Shown here piece by piece: positions 19,474 to 27,758 of a DNA stretch of 64,000 nucleotides (position 1 is the stretch's first letter; every line of letters starts with the position of its first letter). Location of the stretch: NCBI GenBank assembly GCA_033764315.1, contig JANRJA010000172.1:1-64000 (forward strand), given 5' to 3'. A program made the translations under genes and the position numbers. The notes beneath the pieces were generated by a model. The model made no database searches. It had not been told where the DNA came from and saw only the letters and a list, made by a program, of their open reading frames with translations. The stretch is from Oculatellaceae cyanobacterium bins.114 (GTDB taxonomy: Bacteria; Cyanobacteriota; Cyanobacteriia; Elainellales; Elainellaceae).

Positions 19474-21105
19474 CTAACGGCGGCTCCACCAGATGGCAAC
19501 GCCCATGCCAAAGCCCAACAACGGCAAAAACACGAGTGACAACAGCGCAAGCAAGATTTGTCGCTGCGGTTGCAACAAAATGCGGCGGTTAGTCATTTCT
19601 TTAGGGCGCACAGCTAGCACTTGATTGTTGTCTTGTTGGCTGACCCAACTCACCGAGTTGAGAAAGACATCGGCATTGAGTTGCTGGTTAAACAACCCGT
19701 CGGTGATAAAGCTAGAGTTGCCAATTACCACTAACCTTGCCTCAGATGGCGCGGCTGGAGACGCCTCTGGAGACGGACTGGGGGATGGAGACGCACCCGG
19801 ACTGGGAGATGCCTCTGGGCTGGGTGAAGCGGTAGGTGTATCGGCTTCAACTGGACGGCTCAGGGCTGCCCCAATCAACAGTTGCCCCGCTGGATCGGTC
19901 GCTGGATCAAAGGCTAACTGTCCATTTTCACCAATTCGTTGTGCTTGAACGCGATCGCTTGTTGCTAATAGGGGCACTGCTTCCACACCATCGACGGGTT
20001 TCAGGTCAATCGGACGGGCGATCGGGTAAAAAGAAATCCCATTCGCTAAATTTTGAGTAATGGGGTGATCGCCATACTGAGTGACTAGCGTGACCAGAGC
20101 TTCAGGACCCGATGCTTGACGGGTTGGGTCAACCACCACCCGATCAACCAAGCTAACTCCCCATTGATTGAGTAAATCTGTCAATTCAGGATTGACATTG
20201 GGGTCAATTAGCAATACCAACCCACTGCGCCGTTGGCTGAGATACTCCTCCAGGGCAGTCACTTCCTCTTCTAGCAGTGCCCGTTCTGGACCTGCCACCA
20301 CAACCGCTGTTGCATCCTCTGGCACCTCGCCCTGCTCTGCCAAATTCAGGGGTTCTGTGACATAGCTCTCTTCCTGCAATCGGGTGCTAGCTTCGGTGAC
20401 TCCTGCTTGACCCGCTTGCAGCGATCGCTCTCCGTGTCCCTGCAAAAAATAAACCTTTGCCTGACGATCAGTGGCGAGTTGAGCGATGCCATTGGTCAAG
20501 CGACGTTCTGACAATCGCTCTTGATCGCTGACTACCTGCAACAGACGACGGCGATCGCCTTGTTCCAAATACACCTCACCAGGGGCTTTGACCCCAAACT
20601 CTTGAGCTACTCCGGGTTGGGCATCCGGATTAACGTATTCATAACTAAACTTATTATTTTGCCGACGATAATTGTCGAGCAATTGTCGGTCTTGAGGATT
20701 TTCAGCCGGGTCAAACAGCCAAGCTTTAACAGGCTGTTCTAACTGTTGCATGACCTCTTGAGTCTGAGGTGCCAGGGTAAAGATTTGGTTCTCAGTCAGG
20801 TCAATGCGAGAGACATAGCGCACTGCCAAAAAATTGAGCAATCCCAAAATAATCACCACGGCCAGCGTTGACACCAAGGCATTGGTGCCTGCTTGGGTCG
20901 ATCGCTGCCCTAAAAAGCCGCGCACTGAGGTGCCTTCTGACACGAGCCATGCCACGATAATGGCGATGCCTGCCAACATCAACCCCAACGGCACAGCTCC
21001 CCATATGCCAGCGACAAACCCAGCCGTTAGCCCAATGATGATTAGCATTGGACCCAGCCATACCAGGTATTTCAGATATTTCCTTTGTAAAACCGACATT
21101 CTCAT
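19474..21105 (-). CDS. GldG family / ABC-type auxiliary component
   Basis: RIDLTENQIFTLAPQT, VYFLQGHGE, N- and C-terminal TM segments. Confidence 0.88.
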   Translation of the reverse strand: MRMSVLQRKYLKYLVWLGPMLIIIGLTAGFVAGIWGAVPLGLMLAGIAIIVAWLVSEGTSVRGFLGQRSTQAGTNALVSTLAVVIILGLLNFLAVRYVSRIDLTENQIFTLAPQTQEVMQQLEQPVKAWLFDPAENPQDRQLLDNYRRQNNKFSYEYVNPDAQPGVAQEFGVKAPGEVYLEQGDRRRLLQVVSDQERLSERRLTNGIAQLATDRQAKVYFLQGHGERSLQAGQAGVTEASTRLQEESYVTEPLNLAEQGEVPEDATAVVVAGPERALLEEEVTALEEYLSQRRSGLVLLIDPNVNPELTDLLNQWGVSLVDRVVVDPTRQASGPEALVTLVTQYGDHPITQNLANGISFYPIARPIDLKPVDGVEAVPLLATSDRVQAQRIGENGQLAFDPATDPAGQLLIGAALSRPVEADTPTASPSPEASPSPGASPSPSPSPEASPAAPSEARLVVIGNSSFITDGLFNQQLNADVFLNSVSWVSQQDNNQVLAVRPKEMTNRRILLQPQRQILLALLSLVFLPLLGFGMGVAIWWSRR

Positions 21106-21178
21106 GGCGTAACCGTTTCATGTAATGGCCCGTTAATGTTATACGCTTAAACGGACTAGCCTCGCAAAATTTCGTTAT

Positions 21179-21658
21179 TTAGGCATCTTGTGATTTCAAG
21201 GCTTGATCTAGCACCGATCGAGCTTGCACCGCTTGAGTCCGTGCTTCTCGATAGCGCAGATTGAGCTGAGCAAAGGTTTTCAAAACTTTGAAATTCTCCC
21301 GTAGTTGGGTCAGTTCTTCGTCATCCATCACTTCATCCGTAAACAGAGGGTCGATTTGAGCACGAATCTTCATAGCCTCTGTGCGGGATGCCTGCACCTT
21401 TTGCTTCAGCATGGCTAAATGGCTTAACACTTGTACGGCCTGAGTGACCGCATCTTCGTCATCGCTAGTGGCGATCGCCGGTTCTTTAACTTCAATGAAC
21501 TGATGAGGCCCGAACCCTTCTGACAGATCGGTGGGCAATTCCCCGGTTTCCATCAGTTCCAGCAACTGATCCATAGCCTTATCACGGGCTTTAGAGGAAT
21601 CTTTGCCAGGAACGGTTAAAACAATCTCTGGGCTTTGGGCGAGGGTATACTGAACCAT
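21179..21658 (-). CDS. Hypothetical protein (159 aa)
   Basis: Stand-alone ATG ORF with a helical C-terminal half. Confidence 0.75.
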   Translation of the reverse strand: MVQYTLAQSPEIVLTVPGKDSSKARDKAMDQLLELMETGELPTDLSEGFGPHQFIEVKEPAIATSDDEDAVTQAVQVLSHLAMLKQKVQASRTEAMKIRAQIDPLFTDEVMDDEELTQLRENFKVLKTFAQLNLRYREARTQAVQARSVLDQALKSQDA

Positions 21659-21760
21659 ATCTTTACCAATACTTTTGTACTATTATCTCCTAATCCTACG
21701 GGTCGAGTTGCCATCTCATCAACCCAGCGCAGAAAAATGATCATCCTACAGGAGTTACGG

Positions 21761-21796
21761 TAGAAGTCACATCATGACTAGAAGTCACGTCATGAC
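21761..21796. repeat. 18-bp tandem repeat x2 in a divergent intergenic region
   Basis: TAGAAGTCAC(A/G)TCATGAC occurs twice. Confidence 0.8.
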
Positions 21797-22021
21797 ATTA
21801 CCGTGATCTGCCAGAGTCTGGTTGAGTCGCAATGTCAGCTACATAATTCAACTGAAAATGTCTCTACCATAGAAACATAGAGTAACGCTCGATCAGCCGT
21901 AAGAATCTTTGAATTACAAGCCTTTCATTTTCATCAGGTGGGTGAACTTGAGGATTGGATGCTTGATTTGAACTAGGCTGGAGAGATCTATACAGAACTT
22001 AATGGTTGAGCTAGTGATCTG

Positions 22022-22750
22022 GTGAAAAATATTCTCGTTATTGTCCATCAAGCTACATCCGATCCGGGATTGGTAGGACAACTATTGCGATCGCACGGGT
22101 ATACCCTCGATATTCGCTGCCCCAATATTGGCGAAGACTTGCCCCCCACCCTGGCGCATCACGAAGCGGTGGTGGTGTTTGGAGGGCCGATGAGTGCTAA
22201 CGACAGTGAGACATTGCCTTGCATTCGCACTGAGCTAGATTGGATTGCAGGTGCTATTGAGTCGGGCAAACCCTATCTGGGCATCTGTTTAGGAGCGCAA
22301 TTACTGGCGCGGGTGCTGGGGGCAACGGTGGCTCCACACCCAGATGGAATGAATGAAATTGGTTACTTTCCGGTTAAACCTACCCCTTCAGGGCAGAGCT
22401 TTTTGCCTGTGCCAATGCAGGTTTATCAATGGCACCGAGAGGGGTTTGAGTTACCCACTGGCTCGGTTTTGTTAGCAACGGGTGATACATTTGCCAATCA
22501 AGCCTTTCGCTATGGCAAAAATGCCTATGGGGTGCAATTTCACCCAGAGATGACCCAGGAGATTATGGAACGGTGGCTCGACAAAGTGCCCGATCACTTG
22601 ACTTTGCCAGGTGCACAACCCTATGAGGAGCATCTCCGAGGACATAGCCTGTATGCCTCGACATTGAGGCAATGGCTAGAAGGCTTTTTGCAACATTGGC
22701 TGGTGGACGAACAACAGCATGATTACTCTAGTGATGTGCTGGTGGCTTAG
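22022..22750 (+). CDS. Type 1 glutamine amidotransferase
   Basis: GGPMSA, LGICLGAQ (catalytic Cys), QFHPE (His/Glu). Confidence 0.92.
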   Translation: MKNILVIVHQATSDPGLVGQLLRSHGYTLDIRCPNIGEDLPPTLAHHEAVVVFGGPMSANDSETLPCIRTELDWIAGAIESGKPYLGICLGAQLLARVLGATVAPHPDGMNEIGYFPVKPTPSGQSFLPVPMQVYQWHREGFELPTGSVLLATGDTFANQAFRYGKNAYGVQFHPEMTQEIMERWLDKVPDHLTLPGAQPYEEHLRGHSLYASTLRQWLEGFLQHWLVDEQQHDYSSDVLVA

Positions 22751-23019
22751 TCGAGTTTATTAGAGAGTGCTGAGGGGCAAGGGGCGATCGCACCTCACAA
22801 ATTTTGAAGAAATAACCTCGAAATCTGTTTAGGGCTTAGTCTGCTAAGCCCTTTTTAGGGTGCATGCCTGTGGCAAAAGCGGTGCACACAAAAACTGTGA
22901 AACATTACTTTCTAAGAATAAAAGATTTTTGCCCATAAAAAGTTTATAAAAAAAAGAATCAAAGAGCTAAATATTTTGAAAATAATTTTTTAACTCTATA
23001 AACCTGATAATCTAGGTTT

Positions 23020-23487
23020 ATGGAGCTAAATGAAGTTGATTTCAAAGTGATTCAGCACTTGATGGCTCAAGGGCGAATCACTTGGTCTGAGTTAGCAGGA
23101 ATTTTGGAGCTATCGGCTCCTGCAACTGCCGATCGCGTTCGTCGGCTAGAAGACCGTAGCGTTATTCGTGGCTATGCTGCGCTAGTGAACCCAGAGGCGA
23201 TTGGTCTGCATTTGACAGCATTTATTGCAGTCACGTTAGAGCGTCCTGAACATCGGGATGCTTTTCTAGACCGGGTAAATGCTTTGACAGAGGTTCAAGA
23301 CTGTCATCACGTCACGGGTGAAGACGACTATCTACTCAAAGTCCGGTGTCGTCACACCAAAGACCTAGAGCGATTGATCAGTGAGCAGTTAAAAGCTTTG
23401 CCTGGAATTCTCAAAACCCGCACGACGATCGCCCTATCAACGGTGAAAGAAACCCCGGTGTTGCCGCTTTATAAGAATGGGGAGTAG
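23020..23487 (+). CDS. Lrp/AsnC family transcriptional regulator
   Basis: N-terminal HTH with RVRRLE..VIRGY; RAM domain VTGEDDYLLKV. Confidence 0.95.
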   Translation: MELNEVDFKVIQHLMAQGRITWSELAGILELSAPATADRVRRLEDRSVIRGYAALVNPEAIGLHLTAFIAVTLERPEHRDAFLDRVNALTEVQDCHHVTGEDDYLLKVRCRHTKDLERLISEQLKALPGILKTRTTIALSTVKETPVLPLYKNGE

Positions 23488-23638
23488 GGAGCAAGGGGTA
23501 GAGAAAGTGACAGGGGGCTGAGTTCTGAGTCGGAGGATGTAAACGCTCTTGTCATTTCTACCCTTTCTTTTTTCTCTCTTCTTTCTTCTCTCTTCTTTCT
23601 TCCCCCCTCCTTTACCTCAATTTTTCTACAGGTAAAAT

Positions 23639-24256
23639 ATGGACATCACTTTGTTTGGTCGAGGTTTGTTGGTGGGGTTGGCGATCGCTGCTCCAGTTGG
23701 TCCTATCGGGGTGCTTTGCATTCAACGCACGTTGCGGTATGGTCAACGGATTGGGTTGAGCACTGGATTGGGGGCTGCTACGGCTGACGCTATATATGGT
23801 GTAATTGCCGGGTTTGGATTAACATTCATTTCTGGTATCCTGATTGGTCATGCGATCTGGTTTCGTTTTATCGGGGGAATTTTTTTGGTGTACCTCGGTG
23901 TCACCACCCTGATAGCTGAACCTGCTCATCAGGCAGCATCAACAAAGGGATATGGACTTTGGGGAGCGTACTTTTCAACGGTGGTGTTAACCATCACTAA
24001 CCCAGCCACAATTTTGTCGTTCACGGCAGTCTTTGCCGGGTTGGGGTTAGCCAGTACGGAAGGAGATTATTGGGCAGCGAGTAGTCTGGTTTTGGGTGTA
24101 TTTGGCGGATCGGCGTTATGGTGGGTACTGCTCAGCAGTGGTGTTAATTTGTTTCGCAAAAGGTTTAACCTCTACGGTTTACAGTGGCTAAACAAAATCT
24201 CAGGCACAATTCTTATTATTTTTGGCGTGGTTGCCCTCGTTTCTATCCGGGTTTGA
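23639..24256 (+). CDS. LysE/RhtB family amino acid exporter
   Basis: AAPVGPIG, LTITNP, multiple TM segments. Confidence 0.92.
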   Translation: MDITLFGRGLLVGLAIAAPVGPIGVLCIQRTLRYGQRIGLSTGLGAATADAIYGVIAGFGLTFISGILIGHAIWFRFIGGIFLVYLGVTTLIAEPAHQAASTKGYGLWGAYFSTVVLTITNPATILSFTAVFAGLGLASTEGDYWAASSLVLGVFGGSALWWVLLSSGVNLFRKRFNLYGLQWLNKISGTILIIFGVVALVSIRV

Positions 24257-24270
24257 CTTGGGGTGGGCTG

Positions 24271-25467
24271 ATGAAGGCTGTAGCCTCGTCTCGAGCGATC
24301 GCGACGTTGATGGTTGCCTTGATGGGTTTAGTTTTGCTGTCTACCTCGGTTCAACCTGCGCGATCGCTGCCGATATGGAGCACCCCTCAACTGGCCCAAA
24401 CGGCTGCTTCGGTTGAGCGATTGCGGCAACAACAGCAGCAAATAGAACGGCGGCGATCGCAACTCAATCGTGAACAAGATCGCCTGGAAAATTTGCAGGA
24501 GTCGGCGCAAGATCGCCTCGAAGGATTAGAAGACACCATTCAAACCACTGCCTCGCAAATTCGCGCCAATGAAAATCAGCTCAAGATTGCCAGCGATCGC
24601 TTGCAAAAGTTGGAAGCAGAGTTAGCAGTCGCCGAAAAAACCTATCAAGATCGGCAGTTTGCTACCGTCGCGCGGCTGCGATTTTTGCAACGTCAACAAA
24701 GCAGTCGAGGGTGGGCCGTGTTGCTCAATAGCCAAAGCCTCAACGATTTTCTCGATCGGCGGCGGCAGTTGTCACTGGTCTATGGGGCAGATCGCAAAAT
24801 CCTGGCAGAGCTAAAAGCCGAGGCTGACGACTTAAACCGTCGTCGCCGTACCATTGAGCGGCAAAAGAATGAAATTGCTTTGCTTACTCAAGAGTTGCAA
24901 GCCCAAAAGTCAGAGTATGAGGCACAGGCCAAAACTCAGGAAAGTCTGATTAATCGACTCAGGGCAGACCGACAAGCCCTTGAGGAGGCAGAATCACAAC
25001 TAGAAAAAGATTCTGCTAATATTGCTGTGTTAATTCGGCAACGCATTGCTGCTGCTGCCCGAAATGGCATTGTTGTGCATGGAACAGGGCAATTTAGCTT
25101 GCCTGTCAACGGACGGCTCACCAGCAACTTTGGTTATCGTGTTCACCCCATTTTGGGCTATCGCCGCTTTCATGCAGGCGTTGATTTTGGAGTCGGATAT
25201 GGCACAGTGATTCGGGCCGCAGACTCTGGCACGGTGATCTTTGCGGGTTGGTATGGCGGTTATGGTCGATCGGTGATCATTGACCACGGCAACAATCTCA
25301 CCACCCTCTATGCTCACACCAGCGAAGTGTATGTCTCAGAAGGGCAGGCCGTACAACGGGGACAGGCGATCGCGGCGGTTGGTTCTACCGGACTCTCTAC
25401 TGGGCCAAACCTGCACTTTGAAGTACGGCAAAACGGGACTCCTGTGAATCCCCTTAATTATCTGTAG
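24271..25467 (+). CDS. Coiled-coil plus M23 (LytM) protein with EnvC-like architecture
   Basis: Signal peptide, long coiled coil, FHAGVD, STGPNLHFEVR. Confidence 0.9.
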   Translation: MKAVASSRAIATLMVALMGLVLLSTSVQPARSLPIWSTPQLAQTAASVERLRQQQQQIERRRSQLNREQDRLENLQESAQDRLEGLEDTIQTTASQIRANENQLKIASDRLQKLEAELAVAEKTYQDRQFATVARLRFLQRQQSSRGWAVLLNSQSLNDFLDRRRQLSLVYGADRKILAELKAEADDLNRRRRTIERQKNEIALLTQELQAQKSEYEAQAKTQESLINRLRADRQALEEAESQLEKDSANIAVLIRQRIAAAARNGIVVHGTGQFSLPVNGRLTSNFGYRVHPILGYRRFHAGVDFGVGYGTVIRAADSGTVIFAGWYGGYGRSVIIDHGNNLTTLYAHTSEVYVSEGQAVQRGQAIAAVGSTGLSTGPNLHFEVRQNGTPVNPLNYL

Positions 25468-25498
25468 GACAGGGTGATGGGGTGATAGGACAACCGTA

Positions 25499-25602
25499 AA
25501 GACGCGATTAATCTCTCTAAGAGACGCGATTAATCGCGTCTCTCCAGATCTCAAAAATAATTCGGTTAGCGTCTCTCCAGATCCTCAAAAATAATTCGGT
25601 TA
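25499..25602. repeat. REP-like palindrome followed by a 33/34-bp tandem duplication
   Basis: AGAGACGCGAT-TA-ATCGCGTCTCT at 25520-25543; GCGTCTCTCCAGATC(C)TCAAAAATAATTCGGTTA at 25536 and 25569. Confidence 0.8.
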
Positions 25603-26537
25603 GCCATGTCTTCATTTGCCACAGGTTGGTGTTGATGCAAGGCGATCGCCCGATTGACGGCATTCATACGCCGTTCTTGGTCTTGGGTGATGCTGTGAAT
25701 ATTGTTGCCCAACCCAGGAGCACTCCATCGCCCAGAGTCGGGGTCAAGATAGGATCGGGTGCGTGCCCACAAGATCGCATCAGACCCGACTAACCCCATA
25801 TTATGAGCGGTTTTGAGCCATGCGATATAGCCGCGATCGAGGGCAGCAGCAGGGGATTGGTTGGCTAAATCGATGCCATTTAACTCTTCTTGCAAGGTCA
25901 TTGCCATCCCCTTTTCGGCGGCTTGATGGTGCAATTCCGCTGCCTGTTGTTGTAAGCGTCGCAGTTGTTTTACATCGGCTTCTTCGGGGGTTTTTGCCCC
26001 ATGTTGATACGAAAAACTCCCTAAATTCCATACGCCGTTGCCCGGATCAACATGTCCATAATATGCCCAAGTTCTGCCACCGTCTGGGGTACGGGTGCCC
26101 TCGGCACTGCCAACAGCTTTAGCGACCAGTGAGTCAGAACCCCCATCAAATACACTGGCGTTTGAGGTTGGTGGAGTGGGTTGGGGTAATCGTTGTGTAG
26201 TTTCTGCAAGGGGCGATCGCTCAGGGACAGGGCGTGCTGGCTCCTCAAGGGTGGGTAACTCAAAACTCACTTCAAGCGTTTGGTGCGAAGCCATTTCCTG
26301 GTTTGGAGCATCGCTAATAGATGATGTTGATGCAGGATGAGGGTTGGGTTGAGATGCTGTAGCAGATGCTTTAGGAGTTTGAGAAATGGCAGCTAGGGGT
26401 GCTTCTGCTACACGGTTTTGATCGGGTGAATGGGATGGCAGATCAAATTCCAAAAGCCCTTCGTCTGCTTGAGCCGCTTGAGCAGACCCTAAGACGACCG
26501 CTACCACCCCCCCCACAATCCATCCACATCGTTTCAT
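25566..26537 (-). CDS. Secreted hypothetical protein with a low-complexity linker and a possible lysozyme-like C-terminal domain; start at ATG 26537
   Basis: Signal peptide MKRCGWIVGG...AQA; AEG...YYGHVDPGNG..NLG motif; ATGA overlap with the upstream gene. Confidence 0.75.
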   Translation of the reverse strand: MKRCGWIVGGVVAVVLGSAQAAQADEGLLEFDLPSHSPDQNRVAEAPLAAISQTPKASATASQPNPHPASTSSISDAPNQEMASHQTLEVSFELPTLEEPARPVPERSPLAETTQRLPQPTPPTSNASVFDGGSDSLVAKAVGSAEGTRTPDGGRTWAYYGHVDPGNGVWNLGSFSYQHGAKTPEEADVKQLRRLQQQAAELHHQAAEKGMAMTLQEELNGIDLANQSPAAALDRGYIAWLKTAHNMGLVGSDAILWARTRSYLDPDSGRWSAPGLGNNIHSITQDQERRMNAVNRAIALHQHQPVANEDMANRIIFEDLERR

Positions 26538-27022
26538 TGCAGTTCCCCTGTTAAGGTGCGCTCTAGTATTTGAATTGAGGGTTCTACCATTGCCCAACGA
26601 CCGCTAGGTTGTTTACGGAGCGTGGCAAATTCAAGGGTATTGGCGATCGCCACCGAGTCTCCTTGCTGAACGCTACCCAATTTGGGTTGCGTGACTCCAC
26701 ACCAGCGAAATAGATAGGCTGGCAACTCTGGACTGGAGTAAAACACACAGTCTGCATTACCGCTAACGGGGCGCACACGACCGTCATAGGGGGCATACAC
26801 GGGTTGACCTGCTAGCTCGACCGAGATATCTCCTAACCCACCTTGAATGCGCCGACCTGCTACCTGGTCGCCGGGTTGCAGCACCCACTGTTGTTCTAGT
26901 TGGATTGTCATCTCTGGTTCCGTTGGGGATGCCTTACATCCGGTTAACAACAGTGGAGCCAAAACCAGTGGAAACAGAACTAACAGAGGCTTTATATCAA
27001 GCCACAAACGCTTTTTTAGCAT
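26534..27022 (-). CDS. Hypothetical lipoprotein with a degenerate M23-like beta domain
   Basis: Lipobox LLTGC; GQPVYAPYDGRV resembles M23 GTPVxAxxxGxV but no HxxxD or HxH. Confidence 0.7.
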   Translation of the reverse strand: MLKKRLWLDIKPLLVLFPLVLAPLLLTGCKASPTEPEMTIQLEQQWVLQPGDQVAGRRIQGGLGDISVELAGQPVYAPYDGRVRPVSGNADCVFYSSPELPAYLFRWCGVTQPKLGSVQQGDSVAIANTLEFATLRKQPSGRWAMVEPSIQILERTLTGELQ

Positions 27023-27162
27023 AGTGATGCCGCACGCGAGACTTTAAAGCTGAGAGTCGATCAATCAATACTTTGATCAGAGGAATTTAGGGTGAGGGCA
27101 AAAGAGAACGTTGCAGTGCGGGTTTCTAGCCCTGCCATAGAGAGTATTGGACTGTTGAACTA

Positions 27163-27190
27163 TTGATAAATAGTACATTAGTGCTATAAT
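27163..27190 (+). promoter_or_regulatory. Putative sigma70 promoter overlapping a LexA-like box
   Basis: TTGATA-N16-TATAAT; AGTACATTAGTGCT (27172-27185) is one mismatch from the cyanobacterial LexA consensus RGTACNNNDGTWCB. Confidence 0.45.
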
Positions 27191-27626
27191 TTCTGCAACC
27201 ATTGAGGTGACACAAGTGAGCGATCGCGTCGCCTTATGCCTTTGGGTAGATATAGCTAAGCAGGGCAGACGCTATAGAATCCAAAACAAAAGTAGTTTTA
27301 AACGCGCTTTAAGCTCCTGTTTCAAGATTGGCATCGTTCTCTTTAAGAGCTACTTTGCTGTCGAGGTAATCAGAGGTTGACCAGTTGGTTTGTGAACTCG
27401 GCACCTTATGGAACAAACCCATTCCTAATTTGCTGTCGTTTTAGGGGCAAGCTTTAGCCTATTCAATTGGTGGAAGAATAGACATAGACAGCTTTTTCTT
27501 TTGCGTTGCGACCTGTATCTGCTGTCTTAGTTCACTGGAGGCAGTTGTCTGTTTCAATTTGACAAGATGCAAATAAAAAGCCTAAAAGGTCAATGATCAG
27601 TGGTGTAAAAGTGGTGCAGGAAAAGC

Positions 27627-27662
27627 TGTATATCGCGTCAAACTTGTATATCGCGTCAAACT
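27627..27662. repeat. Perfect 18-bp tandem repeat x2
   Basis: TGTATATCGCGTCAAACT occurs twice, about 100 bp upstream of the kinase. Confidence 0.85.
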
Positions 27663-27758
27663 ATATGATCGGATCTTCTGATTCCTGACTGTCTATGTCC
27701 AGTCATTTGCTTCAGGTAAGACTGGTTTTTTAATCTCTGACAATTGGATATTTAAGTT

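Noticed and set aside
23488-23635. Purine-rich then pyrimidine-rich tract between lrp and lysE as an ncRNA
   Set aside because: Low-complexity sequence with no recognisable motif
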